NCBI RefSeq assembly: GCF_006345805.1
Contig: NC_043002.1
Location: 13,950,001 to 14,014,000 of the forward strand
Origin: Octopus sinensis
Lineage: Eukaryota
DNA length: 64,000 bases
Reading direction: 5' to 3'
Made by a program: the position numbers and the translations under genes
Part shown: piece by piece, positions 39,925 through 54,221 of the stretch
Numbering within the stretch: the stretch's first letter is position 1
How the letters are laid out: every line of letters starts with the position of its first letter
The notes under the pieces: model-generated
Told to the model about the DNA's origin: nothing
Seen by the model: only the letters and a program-made list of their open reading frames with translations
Databases searched by the model: none

Positions 39925-41514
39925 GTATATATGGTGTAAAATATCTAGTCAAAATGAAAAATATGAAACGTGTTTTATTAAAGTCTAGAGAAAGGGAAAA
40001 TAAAATTTTAAAAATGAGTAAAACAAGGGACATACTTCGTAAATAGTTAGGAAAAGACAATAACACACACCGGCTCTGTAATAGCATAGGTCTACCAACA
40101 GTTATGTATGCCAGTAAGAAATTAAAGACCACCGTGAAAATGCACAGAACCTAGAAGTGCTCCTCCAATGATGTTTGAGCAGGATTCTATAAATTTACTG
40201 GTAAGACCATATAACTAATGAAAACATTCTAAAGATAGTTAACACAAGACCACTTAGCGAAATTACCATGCAGTGGGGGGGTTAAAACTACCAGATCACA
40301 TGCTCCGTGACCAAAATAACCCATTCTTAGAATGAGTTTACCAAAGTGAAAAAAGATGCAGAACATTCGTAACAGACGTGACAGTGCACGAAACCTCATC
40401 CATCAAAAGCCAGTGGCGTCAACTTGCTGCCCAATGTGCTCGAGACCACAGGACGAACTGATAATGACACTGAACTTTGGTAATTATTTGTTGGTAACTA
40501 TTTGTGCTTAATGAAGACAAAGAGAGTATTCTGGCGGTTAAAACCATAAGGGAATTGTGTCGACCAAATTTGAAATTTCAGTTAAGGAATTGGTAGTACC
40601 GATCACATAGAGTTAAATGCGTAATAAGATATTGGGAATTCTTTTCTTGTGAAAATAATTTGTAAAGAAAGACTCTGAAAAGGCTGCTGATTACATATAT
40701 CGAAATTCTTTGATGTCAGTTTTAATTTCAGTCACGTTAAATTATCGAAAGAACGGTTAGATTGAGTAACAATTACTATCTCAATGAAAAGTGGAATTAC
40801 TTTTATTATGTTGCCTATAAAGTATCAAAGTTCGAACTTAATGCCTAAAGAATGGGAGATAAAAGTATAGTAAATTAGAATAGAAATTCATCGCTAATAA
40901 TGTATCCGGTTAGATTTGATAATACTTAATTTAAAGAATAAAGGATGGAGTAAAAACGAAATGTGAAACCGCAGCATTTTGAAACTAATATTACAAAAGA
41001 GCAAGCGATGTTAATGTTATATAGGAAAATACAAGTTTGGAATTTCAAAATTGATTAGCGTTATCTTATATGAACTCACGAACTACTGAAAGTAACTAGA
41101 GAATGTTACTTAAAACTGTTCATAACAAATTAAGACAATTGCAGGAAAATGGAAAGCTCTTACAAGAAAATATCTAGGCATGGTCTCCCTTTCTTCCGCA
41201 TCAAGTTTCTACCAGTAACAATGCAAATTATTTTCTTTATAATTCATCTCAAAATAATTCCCAGTGTCTATCCATTCGGCGCCGTGTTTTGAGGGCACCA
41301 TTTAGCTGTCCTATGTTTAAAATCTCACATTCATCAAAGACTTCTTTTCCTTCATTTCATTGTCATGCTCCTACATTTGCGATCGAAGCAATAAAACAGC
41401 CATTGGTTTGCCGACGTATAATAACAGTATGTTACTAAGTCTGTACTAATTTTAATATTATATAAGTTATACTACATAACTCTCCTGCGAGACTACTGCA
41501 ATAATTAATATTTA

Positions 41515-41802
41515 ACCATAAAGGACATGACCCGAAAAGATCAGTTCTTGAATTTATACATGTGGCGGGGTCAAAGCTGCTTTTCTAGATGAACCATCTT
41601 TCCATATCACAAAGACCACACTTTCCACTGCCGTTGGTATAGGGCTTATACTTGGCTAAGATCTTCCAATGGATGTTGTAACTGACACCTTTATCTTTTA
41701 AGGACCATATATGACTGGATAAGTTGGTCGTTTTCCTTTTATCCCTGTGCCTTAATCTGAAGGTGTGATTAATGAACCTGACCTTGAAATGACACTCTGT
41801 GT
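41515..41802 (-). pseudogene. Penelope-like GIY-YIG endonuclease C-terminal fragment (second PLE lineage)
   Basis: Minus-strand reading TECHFKVRFINHTFRLRHRDKRKTTNLSSHIWSLKDKGVSYNIHWKILAKYKPYTNGSGKCGLCDMERWFI*...INSRTDLFGSC. Confidence 0.75.
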
Positions 41803-41973
41803 ATATACGGACATGTGCGCTTACGCGATTACTATGAGCATTTTTACTCTTCTACCTTTACTCCTTCCGATTACCTAGAGGTTATTCTAATAACTCTTTT
41901 GTCTTAATAACGGTCAATCACACAGTAATTTCCCTTTGTTTTAACGGTCATTTTCATAGCAAACTTTTCCCGT

Positions 41974-42030
41974 TAACTGAAGATATGCCGGAGTGGGTTT
42001 CCGCTCCGACTTCCGAAACTCGGAGATATA
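41974..42030 (+). ncRNA. type I hammerhead motif with extended stem II (element ~41810-42072 ending in (TA)n)
   Basis: TAA-CTGAAGA-TATGC-CGGAGTGG-GTTT-CCGCTCCG-ACTTCC-GAAA-CTCGGAG-ATATA. Homologous to 22645-22703; partly decayed. Confidence 0.55.
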
Positions 42031-42069
42031 TCATGCCTACAGAATAATTGTCGCGTATTATATTTACAA

Positions 42070-42108
<39 letters not shown>

Positions 42109-42122
42109 CATATTTATATTTA

Positions 42123-42170
<48 letters not shown>

Positions 42171-42177
42171 ATATATT

Positions 42178-42237
<60 letters not shown>

Positions 42238-42569
42238 ACTGACTGTTATTGTTGTTTGCATTCGTAATTGTGTAACATACTCTCCGTTTTTTGTTTATTT
42301 ATTTTTTTTCTTTGTTACCGTACACATTCGCTAGCTTTCTTACAAAGGAGTTTAATGCTCTTAGCTTAGACTTTTTAGGGGGCAACCAGATCGAACTATC
42401 TCAAGTGTAACTGCCCGAAGTGGTCATGACAGCTGGTACTTGACTGATGAAAGAAAGCCAAGAATGACACGTCTTTTTTTGCCTGTCCTTCTAATTAGTG
42501 ATTCTCTTATCCGCCTTTCTATCCTCTATCTGTCCGAACGTTTTAATGCCCTCTATTGCCTTTTTGTTC

Positions 42570-42830
<261 letters not shown>

Positions 42831-43419
42831 TAGGTATAGATACAGATGTAGATATAGATGCATGTATGTATTTTTGTATAAGCGTGGGTGCATATGTGTG
42901 TGTATATATATACATACATGTTTATACAAGCACATCTATTCAAATAATGAACATTATAAGTTAATATATGCATATATACATTACGTAAACATCGCGACAA
43001 AACGAGACTGACACACAAACACTCAGTAGTAGTGATATCTCAAGTAAAATGAGGGTACCAATATAGACATTTAATATCTTACAACAGAACACTATTAGAC
43101 GATCGATTCGTGAATATACAATGTACGTCTTCCTTTCAATAGAAATCTCTTGTGGCTGTAGTGGATATTTTGTATATATAATTATCTGTTCCGGTTAGAT
43201 AAGGACAACAAACAATAAACGACAGTAATATACGTCTTCTAGCAAATGAGGTGAAGTTATATATGATTAGCCAAAAATTTCTGAATAACAGCAGAGATTA
43301 CTGTCATCATTGTTTTCCCCCAGGTGGACTACTCCAAAGACATAAAGAAAAAAAGAAATAACTCACTCGCACAAAGACACACACGGACAAACACACCAAC
43401 GCGTGCATTTCCACAGTGC

Positions 43420-44157
43420 AAACAAGGACAGACTCACGGATTAAGTCGATTACATCGACCCCAGTGCGTAACTGGTACTTATTCAATCGACCTCGAAAGG
43501 ATGAAAGGCAAAGTCGTCCTCGGCGGAATTTGAACTCAGAACGTAGCGGCAGATATAATACCTATTCCTTTACTACCCACAAGTGGCTAAACACAGACAG
43601 GACAAACGAGGACAGATTGACGGATTAAGTCGATTACATCGACCCCAGTGCGTAACTGGTACTTATTTAATCGAACCCGAAAGGATGAAAGGCAAAGTCG
43701 ACCTTGGCGGAATTTGAACTCAGAACATAACGGCAGATGAAATACCTATTTCTTTATTGCCCACAAGTGGCTAAACACAGAGAGGACAAACGAAGACAGA
43801 TAGATGGATTAAATCGATTATATCGACCCCAGTGCGTAACTGGTACTTAGTTTATCGACCCCGAAAGGATGAAAGGCAAAGTCGACCTTGGCGGAATTTG
43901 AACTCAGAACGTAACGGCAGATGAAATACCTATTTCTTTATTACCCACAAGTGGCTAAACACAAAGAGGACAAACGAAGACAGATAGACGGATTAAGTCG
44001 ATTATATCGACCCCAGTGCATAACTGGTACTTAATTTGTCGACTCCGAAAGGATGAAAGGCAAAGTTGACCTCGGCGGAATTTGAACGTAGCGGCAGACG
44101 AAATACGGCTACGCATTTCGCCCGACGTGCTAACGTTTCTGCCAGCTCGCCGCCTTA
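43420..44157 (-). mobile_element. SINE family A tandem array, four ~180 bp units
   Basis: The head is present only at the 44157 end. Units repeat at about 43421, 43600, 43780 and 43965. Confidence 0.9.
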
Positions 44158-44199
44158 GATATGTCAATATATATATTAACATAATATGTATAATGTTTA

Positions 44200-45440
44200 T
44201 GAAGGCGCATGGCTGAGTGGTTAGAGCGTTGCGTTCAGAATCATGAGGTAGTGATTTCGATTCCCGAACCAGGCTGTATGTTCTGTTCTTGACCAAGACA
44301 CTTTATTTCACTTTGCTCCAGTTCTACTCAGAAAAGTAACTCGATTACAACAATCCTATTGCTGAATTGTTTCTTATTTTAGCGTCCCCGGATTGATGAA
44401 CAGCAGCGGCCATCTTGGCTGCATTTGAACTTAGGACGTAGAAACGGACGACATGCCGCTAGGGACTTTTTGCCAGGCGTTCTAACGATTCTGCTTGCTC
44501 GTCTCCTTTTTCTTCCAAGCTTATAGATTAATATATTATTGGTTTCAAATTTTGGACCTAGGCCAGCAAATTGTATGGATGGGGTAAGTCGATTACATCA
44601 GCCCTAGTGTTTAAGTGGTACTTATTTGATCGTTAACCCTGGCGGCCTTTTAACTTAGAACGTAGAGGCGGACGAAAACTGAGATGTTTTTTGTTTGGCG
44701 TGATAACAATTCTTCTAGCTTACATCCTTAAAGATCGAAGTAATATTAGGTTTAAAGAAAAACGGTGATCGGGCTGTACCGAGCCAAATGCTTCGCAGCA
44801 TTTCATCTGTCTTCACGTTATGAGTCCGCGAAAGGATATACAGCGAAGCCGATGCTGGTAGGAGGTATCCTTCTCGAGCCATGCCAGGCTCATAAGGGCC
44901 GGTTTCCCGGTTTTAGTGGCGTAGAAATTCCCCACCTGGACGGGACGCCAGTCCGTCGCAAGATTACTCATTTTTGCCAGCTGAGTGGACTGGAGCAAGG
45001 TAAAATTAAGTGTTTTGCTCAAGAACACAACGTGCCACCCGATCCAGGAATCGAAACCACAACTTTATGATCATGAGTTCAACACCTTAATCACTAAGCA
45101 ATTCGCCTGGTAGCATTTGAACTCAGACCGTAAAGATGGACAAAAGCCGATGAGTTTTGCTCAGCGTGGTAACAATTCTTCCAGATCGCTGCTCTAAAGG
45201 TCGGAGTAATATTAGACTTGAAATTTAAAAAAAAAGCGGCAATTGGGCAGAATCGAAAGCCCGCTGGACAAACTGCATTTCGTCCATCTTTACGTTTTCA
45301 GTTGAAATTCCACAGAGTCACTTTGCCTTGTATACTTCAAAGGACAATAATATACTTACCATTTGAGCATATGGTTCTAAGTAGTAGACTTACCCTCGCT
45401 TTCCCTCGCAATTGTTGACCTTGTATCAACATTTGAAAGC
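44200..45440. mobile_element. cluster of diverged SINE fragments (families A, C, D)
   Basis: tRNA-like head at 44200-44332 (+), a family C-like copy at 44868-45108 (-), and several decayed family A pieces. Confidence 0.65.
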
Positions 45441-46529
45441 AATATCTAGTGTTAAAGTTTGCTTTTACGAAATAAATGTAGAAAATATTATTTTATTAAA
45501 TATTACATTTAAACAAAATTAACTGTGTAAGCTAAATCATTAATGTAAATTTGTATTTGTAACACCGTGTGTTTTCTATCTATTTAAGGTAGTTTAAAAA
45601 GTCAAATTTTATACGAAATGTATGCATATAAACAAAGTAAGGGCGATATGTACTTTTCTGATGACAGCGGTTTTTTCCTATATTTCTATAGCTAAAAGAT
45701 AAAAATTAGACTGAATAACGGTTGCTATTATTATCTCGATTAAATGTACTAACATACCGATTTTTTTTGTGAAATAAATGTAAACAAACTAGGAGCAATA
45801 AGACTTTAAAGCAAAAACGATTTTTTCTTTTATTTACACGAGAAATTTATAGAGATATGAATAACTATGAATGACGGTAGTTATTAGTATTATTTTGTAA
45901 AAAGTACTAATGGACCAATTAGATGTAAAAGATAATAAACAAACCAACGGCGGTTTATCATTTGAGAAAAAATATTCCTTACGGAAAAATGAATATGAAT
46001 CAACGTTACTATTATTATTTGGATTTAAGTACTAAAAGAACTTTGAAGAATTTAATAAGATGTTTTTTAATCATAAGACTATACATAGGAATCAATAAAG
46101 AAGTTCGTTTTCCTTTTGAATAAGATATATTGCGTAATGTTAGACTGTAAAGCAACGAATATAGGAAAATAAAACATCAGTTGATTCTGAGTCTAAGAGT
46201 CTTTCTGGAATGAATAGCAAAGAAAAATAGCAATTTAGGAAAAATCTATGTATGAATATAATATAAACACTTAAACATATACAGAGATAAGCTACATACA
46301 TCTGAAAATATAGAAAATAATACCATCACACACACGGACACAGACACACGCACATATGGACATACTCATATGTACACATACGCACAATCACATATATATA
46401 TGCAGGCATATAAATATATGTACATACGCGCATATATATATATATATGTATGTATGCGTGTATATATATACAGACACATACATACACACACGCATGCACA
46501 CACATATATATATGTATATATATATAAAA

Positions 46530-46563
<34 letters not shown>

Positions 46564-46566
<3 letters not shown>

Positions 46567-46980
46567 AGACCAAAGTGTATGTACGCCGCTATATTTTTAT
46601 ATATAAAGATATAAAAGTGGGACAAAACGCAAAACAAGCAGACAGACGATACAAAGAAAACAAAGACGGAACATTCGGAGTTTTCTTTCCTCAGTCGGGT
46701 TCCAACTATCTTTGCAATTTCGGCTGGTTATACTCGAGATTATTCCAATCTGACCAGCCTCATGGAAAAATTAAGCTATGAGCACTAGATTCCTTGGAAG
46801 AAAGCACCGGATGTATACGAAGAAAAGGATGGAAGAAAACGGAGAAGAGGAAAAAAAAAACTCCGAATGACCCGTCCTTGTTTTCTTTGTATCATATGTC
46901 TGGATGTTTTGCGTTCTTGTCCCATTTTTGTATTTTTTATATATAAAAATATAGCGTCCTAAGTACTCTTTGGTCTCTTT
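46564..46980. mobile_element. microsatellite-embedded element with diverged ~130 bp inverted arms
   Basis: 46564-46692 is an imperfect reverse complement of 46847-46980. The spacer is homologous to 42320-42480 and 47741-47810. Confidence 0.75.
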
Positions 46981-46988
46981 TATGTAAG

Positions 46989-47040
<52 letters not shown>

Positions 47041-47627
47041 AATTTGTATTATTCTTTCTATTCTTTCATTCTTTCGTTCCTTCTCTCAGCCCCTTCACAC
47101 TTACTTCGATCTTTCCATTCTTCGTTCTTTCGTTCCCCTCTCACACATTTCCTGGCCTTCTCCTCATGCTCACCTTCCCTCCTCTTTCATTTCACTTTGT
47201 CCCTTTCAATTCTCTTCTCGTCCCTTCTTAATTCTTCTATCCCTCTGCCTCTACCTCTCTCTCTTCTCTCCACACGTGACCGGTGTTCAAGCAAGCCTGA
47301 CCTTTCTTTCTAGGTTCGACTACCATCCATGCAAATCTATATTCCTCCCAGTGCCTCTGAAAACTTATGTCCCTGCCGTAAGGTTTTACTTCCACACTGG
47401 CCAGCTTAATTTAATTCGTCCTTAGTCGAAAGAGACCCGTTGTTACTGTCTTGGTATTTGTATTTGTGTACCATTTCTGTGTTTTTTTGTTCGTTCTTGT
47501 TTTCGTATACATTCCCTGCTTCTATCAGTCTCATTTTGCTGAACTGCTAAGTTACTAGGACTTAAACACACCACCATCGGTTGTCAAGCGATGGTAGGGA
47601 AGAAACAGACACGCAAACGTATGCACT

Positions 47628-47667
<40 letters not shown>

Positions 47668-48433
47668 TAAACAGTAAAAATAATTACAGACATGGACAAG
47701 AACATGAAACACCACAGAGACGACACAAGAACCACAGGACGGGACATTCGAAGCCCTCAGTCATCAGTCAAGAACCAGATCATCTTAGCAATTTCGGCTG
47801 ATTAATCTTATATACGGCCACGCATACATAGGCTTGCATACACACACATGCATGTAGGTAGGTAGTTTCTCGCACCTAAATAAGACACCCTGAATTCTTA
47901 AAATATTCAGAGCATTAGCTTTGGTTACACAGAATATCTTCACACCCCTTGTTTTCATTATTTCCTCACCTACCAGATTTGACCGCGGCCTGACCATGAT
48001 TTATTCCAACGGACTTTTTTGTCGACCTCCACCAACCCCCCGATTTCAACGTACATTGAGAAACAGTTTACCCCATGGGCTCCTAGGGAGCGTTCTTGTT
48101 CGAGTTGCTTGCTGCGCCTTTGTTTTGTTTGGACATCGTAATTCCTGGATTTTCCTGAAGAGAAAGCTGCAATATGGTATCCTTATTCAATCAGAATTTG
48201 GAAATTTGTGGCCTTTGAATGTAATAAAAGGAATTCTGTAGAATCTTCGTTCAGCTCCATTTCTTCCATTCACTAATTATATTAAACTTCAATTATCCGC
48301 GCCAACGCACGGTTGCAACACCCTATGGTCATAACTCCAACCGTGTTTTTTCTGCTGTGATTTTTGCTACCCAGGTATCGGTTAAACTTTTGAATAATCC
48401 GTAACGAGATAATTCATCTTTCCATTTCAACAA

Positions 48434-48524
<91 letters not shown>

Positions 48525-49961
48525 TATATATATATACACCTCTACAGTTGAAAGATAAATTTGAACTCAAAACAAAATCAGTCCAAACAAATATGGCTAA
48601 AGATTTTGTCTGCCGTGCTCTTCCTTCTTGCCGCAGTAATCATACATAATACATGAATTTATCCTCTGAAGCTGCAATCTAGACTTCTGAATCAAGAACA
48701 TTTCTAACTGAAGATACGCACAGAGCAAAGTAGAAGTCTTTCTAACATAGTGTTTGCGGACAATGCTAAACGAGACCGCCGTTGAAATTCGTCTAGGAGA
48801 AAAGCTAATTACATGAGAGGTAATTGAAAGTAAGTGGCCGGGAAACTTCCGATACATAGAGAAAGCACACCATAACTACGCAGCGCAGACGTTAAGGCCA
48901 TATTTTCCAAAACACTTGCCTCAGTGTTTCGTTGTAATGACTTGAGATTTCGTTCAAAATCTGTTATTTTAAAGTCAAAATAGACACGATGAATATAACT
49001 GTTTAAGCAAATTTCTTTAAAACACTATAGCAAATAAACTTTATGAGTTTCATCTACGCTGTATAATTTCTAAATTCTTTATTAAATTGTTTCAGGGTGT
49101 GATAATATATTTAACAGAAATAATAACACAAACGATAATTCAAACTTATTTCCGTAAAATTCTCTTTGAAATTATTGAAAGCATTATGTTTTTTCTTACT
49201 GAAAAGACTTATAGCTCATTATTTGTTTATGTACATTCCTATAACGATGGTCTGTTAGCAATTTAATCTAAATAATAACAGCAACAGTATTTCCAACTTA
49301 TTCTTATCTCTATACGTATAAATAAAACAACATTTCCAAAGAAATTTATTGCTGTTGGTTTGTTTACTTATATTTCATATAAAATTTTACTTTTTAATCT
49401 ATTTCAAAAAGACTGAATAAACACATTCATTATTGCTAAAAAAAAAATCGCATACGTATTTAGTCGACATAGACACGACATAAAGACTTTTCTTCAAATA
49501 TATATTGTTTTTGTATTCCACATTGAGTAGATTTCTGTTAAACTTATTTCACTCCAACTTTAGTGGCACTTGGAAATATTTATAACTAGAATATAAACGT
49601 TTCAAAAATCGAATATTTTAATGGCGTAATGGTTAGGATATTGCACTCAGCTTCGTTAGGTCACGGTTGAATAAAACTGTTCATTTCATTTTTTTCCAGT
49701 TCATTCAAATGTAAATGAGTTCCAACAATAACGGAGATGTAATTCTACGGTCGGCTGTTGTCTCGTTCAAGGAGTGTATTTTAATCTCAGTCATTGTTAC
49801 GCATTAGAAACAAGATTAACCCCCAGTCTACGATGAAATAGAGCACTATTATAATTGCTCCAGTGATTCCTCTCCGTTTCCGCTCTATTTCATTCGAAAC
49901 AAATATACTATTTCCAAATTTGATAATCTCTCTCCATAAAATGTTTAACATTTTATGTATA

Positions 49962-50370
49962 TAGGCGCAGGAGTGGCTGTGTGGTAAGTAGCTTGCTAAC
50001 CAACCACATGGTCCCGGGTTCAGTCCAACTACGTGGCACCTAGGGAATGTGTTTTCTACTATACTATAAGCCCGGGCCGACCAATGCCTTGTGAGTGGAT
50101 TTGGTAGACGGAAACTGAAAGAAGCCTGTCGTATATATGTATATATATATATATATGTATGTGTTTGTGTGTCTGCTGTGTTTGTCCCCCTAGCATTGCT
50201 TGACAACCGATGCTAGTGTGTTTACGTCCCTGTCACTTAGCGGTTCGGCAAAAGAGACTGATAGAATAAGTACTGAGCTTACAAAGAATAAGTCCCGAGG
50301 TCGATTTGCTCGACTAAAGGCGATGCTCCAGCATGGCTGCAGTCAAAATGACTGAAACAAGTAAAGAGTA
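49962..50370 (+). mobile_element. SINE family B (tRNA head + CORE-like domain), full length
   Basis: GGCGCAGGAGTGGCTGTGTGGTAAG...GGTTCAGTCC head, internal (TA)/(TG) tract and conserved tail. It may be one of the described octopus SINEs (OK/OR1/OR2), but I cannot assign which. Confidence 0.85.
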
Positions 50371-50959
50371 ATATATAAAATATACATAAAATATTTTAAA
50401 ACACACATGAATTGTTTACCATAATACTCTCTTATTTGTTCTCTTAAAGTTTATTTTATGTAGTTTTAACTTCATTTCGTCTCTTCTGTGTTGCTAGATT
50501 TTGAACTCAACTTCCGTTTGGCCGTGTCACTTGAATTTTGCATTAACTGTTATCGATATCGATTCTCCGACTACTATACTTATTTGTATTACTGTTTGTT
50601 ATATACGTGAATAACATAATTTTGGGGCAATATACAGTTTGAAGCACAAATTTTAGAAAATGTGGCTAGAACTTCTTTTTTAAAGAAACAATTATTTAAC
50701 TGTAATTTGCGTACTAAGTAATTTGTTAGGTTACCAATATTTTTTGTCATATATAAGCAAAAGCATGCATATTCATCCGATCAGCGCAGGTGAAGTAATA
50801 TCAAATTATAATTGCCAGCTATATATCATATTTAATATACAGTATTGACAAGCACATTACTGTTGTTTTCTTCCGAGGTAAAAGTTGTTATAGATATTCG
50901 ATGTATCATCGCAACTATAACTGTTCATGTGTTTGGCATGACTTGATAAGATTTCTCTA

Positions 50960-51545
50960 TAATAGTCGGGTTCTCGCTTGGCTTTGCCTTTATGATCACT
51001 TCCTTTCCATTTCACCTTCCTTTTGCAATATCCTTGCAGTCTAGTCATTCCATGGTTTCTTTTCCATTGCATAGTTGTTAGTAAAGAATTTGTCTTGGGT
51101 TTCTGTTGTTGCCCATCCTCTGTACGTGACCCAGCTAACGTAAATTTCTATCAACGAAGATTTCCATCACAGGAGGCAGACCAGCACACCGTAGATCCTC
51201 TTTATTCCTGATCTTTTTAGAAAGAATAACATTCATAATTCGTCGTATATCTCTCATCATCAATGCATGTAACTTGTCTACTCGAGCTTTATAAGCTGTG
51301 TAGGTTTCAGCTCCTTACAGCAGAGAAGAAAGCTCTATAGGTTGGCAAACCTTACATTTGACACGTACAAAGACACGCCTATTTTTCCATAGTCCTTGCC
51401 AAATCTGCCAAATAAAACCCTAGCTCTGCTCATTTTGTATGTGATTTCCCTAGCCTATGCGTTATTTTACTGTTTAGGTATTTGCATGTTTTGCACAGGG
51501 GTATCCCTTCATGTCCAATAGTGATATTTTTAGCTGGAATGTTCT
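50960..51545 (-). mobile_element. decayed RTE-clade LINE fragment (post-RT region)
   Basis: The minus strand reads LWKNRRVFVRVKCKVCQPIELSSLL*GAETYTAYK, similar to the RTE motif K.KVY...VL..LLYG.ETWT. Confidence 0.55.
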
Positions 51546-53344
51546 TTGTACAAACACAATATGCATAGGAAGAAAACGGAAAACATCACTGACAGTTACA
51601 AAAGAGAGCGTTAGAGGCATTTCTGCTTTTTAAGCCATAGCAATGGCATATGCTCCCAACATGTCCAAACATCTCGGCTTCTATGCTGGAGCTGTTCACA
51701 ATATTTTTCAGCGCAACGGTTATTGGGATGCATTATTATTTGCTGTGGATGTATTATTCGATGTTTTTCTATATTGTAGGCACCAGATCCTGAATGGATA
51801 TGCAGCAGGTTGCAAGAACACGACGATGATGAGTCTCGAGTGAGAAATGATGCCTCTTACCCCGTAATTGAGCTTCTTCAAATAGCAACCCAATGGCCTT
51901 CAAACTTAGTCTACTGGCTTAGGCAGGAAAGATACATCAAATAACGTGATTATATGTACACCATATTTGGGAGAAAAGGCAGAATGATTTCCAACTGGAA
52001 TCTTTTAAACAACAACAAACAACAACAGTAACAACAACAACAACAGAAAGAGCAACAGCAACGACAAGAACAAAAGTGTAGCTATTTGATTTGAAAAATA
52101 AAACCATTTGCTCTATAGTTTATGCAACACTCACTTTTGTTATTTTCGTTTTCCTGGAAGTATCATCGCAGAGGGAACTGTGGAGAGTTTAGCAGGAACA
52201 TTGATGTATCTTATAAACAGGAGAATACAATAAAACAACGCATAATGAAATAACAATAGCAGAAACAATCAAATCAAACTTATATAAAAATTGGCGTCGA
52301 CAAAACATTAACTTCTTTCAATGTTACATTTGACCTTCCGGTCTTCACTGCATCGATTATGTATGTAACCGCTACATCTAGTTTAAGTAATTCACTTACT
52401 CGGTGGTATTTTACGGTGCAATGCTCTTGAGGGACGAAGAATTGTTATTCTTAGCAACAAGCCTTGACCGAACAAACTCATGCGTATATTTCATCAAATT
52501 GAATATAACAAAATGCAGAAAAAAAGCAAACAGTAAATAAATTAATGGCGCCAACATATGTATCTCTCTTAAGACATTACGTATATATATATTTTTCCCT
52601 AAATTTTAAATGTTCTGTCTCAAATCTAGATATACGGAAAAAGGGGGAAGGAGAAATTAGTTTCAATATTATCAATATACGCTGAGAAAACTGTGAAGCT
52701 GTTTATTCCTTTATACACGGGAGAATAGTTTCAGCGATAATATACTTGTTCATGAGAGAAATCTTATAGAAAGTGTGTATTAGTCAACCAGAATAGAAGA
52801 CGCTAGGCTTATAACACGTAATACTCAAAGGACTAACATTTCTTGTAAATTTCTAAATATGAACAACAATATGATTTAATTCATCGTTGTAAACAATAGT
52901 TCTACTTCAAAACCAGACGAGTAATTCGTTGATCTGCTGTGCATTGTTTAATTCTTTCTGGTATAAAAGTTTACTTGAGAAAGACTACCATTCTACTGGG
53001 TGAAAGACTTGTTCTCAACTGTTTAACGCCACATAAATTTTGGAATATTCTCTAAAGAATATATCTCCTGATTCATTAGAGTTTCTTTGTTTTATAATTG
53101 TATCTTTTTGTTACAGTCTCTGCACTTCGGTCATGCTGGAGCAGTGCCTTGGATGCTTCTACTCGAAAATCGATTCCCCTCCATCTCGTTAGCCGAACTT
53201 AGGGCAATGTAAACAAACAATGCCAGGTTACAAAGCGGTTGTGCAATAAATGCAGACACAAAGCACACACATACTCACACATACATATAACCGATGGGTT
53301 TCCATAAGGTTTCCGCCAACAAAATTCGTTCAGCAACAGGTTGG

Positions 53345-53870
53345 GTATGTCACGTTGGCTGCCCAATCTTTTCCAAGTCTGAATATGTACACAGACACGA
53401 CAAAGTAAGCAGTTATATCCACTGGACAATATGCCAACATTACAAAACATCAAAACTGATAGTAGGTGGTATAAGCATGAGCCAAGCAAGGTTTACGACA
53501 ATGATTAGCCCACAATCATCTGGGATATGCTACTTCAAACAAAAGAAGAAATAAGAGCTAATCGCCCAGACATAATAATCAAGGATTGGGGAAAAAGCAC
53601 CTGCTTACTGATAGACATTGCAGTCCTTTCTGATCAAAATAAAGAGGTAGAGAAATTGTCGAAGTACAAAGCTATTAGAAATTGGTATTGAATATATAGG
53701 GCATGAAGATAAAAACAATAACAATAATAATTAGAGCATTGGGTATGATAAAAATATATATGAACAAAAATGTAGACGCTACAACTGGATCCCAAACTCT
53801 ACACACTGTCCGAAAATAACCCTCCTAGGAACAGACCACATCCTACGCAAGACACTATCAAACCAATAAT
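53345..53870 (+). mobile_element. R4/Dong-like LINE C-terminal fragment (restriction-like endonuclease)
   Basis: GCPIFSKSEYVHRHDKVSSYIHWTICQHY, RANRPDIIIKD...CLLIDIAV, LLGTDHILRKTLS*. Confidence 0.85.
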
Positions 53871-54221
53871 GCAACCTAAACAAAACCCACGAATAAAAGA
53901 CAGACTCTATACAACATTTACCCAGTGAAATGAACTCCAACCAGCAATCCATACATTCAACACACAATACAAGCAAGAGTAACACGACAAATGACCGCAC
54001 GACACCTGAATACAGTTCCGGGAAGAGTTTCCACTCTCCCAACAACAGAAAAGAACAGACAATGCTGCACACACTGCAGCAACACGTTAGTGCAGCAGGT
54101 GATGCAGTAGAAATTTGCCGCGATCTATAAAAAATTGAACAGTTATATAATAATGATAACAACACCAACAACAGCAACAACAGAAATCATAAGAAGAAAA
54201 GGAATGAGAAGAAGAAGGTTG

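Noticed and set aside
41300-41345. Minus-strand TTGATGA-ATGT...ACAT-AGGA-CAGCT downstream of the PLE GIY-YIG fragment
   Set aside because: The position fits a PLE HHR, but the sequence is too decayed to call.
43420-44157. Regularly spaced repeats resembling a CRISPR array
   Set aside because: The whole unit is repeated with no unique spacers. It is a SINE tandem array in eukaryotic DNA.
44200-44275. tRNA-like sequences (also at 1620-1688, 25026, 49962, 63360-63434)
   Set aside because: Each continues into a SINE body and does not form a clean cloverleaf, so they are called SINE heads rather than tRNA genes.
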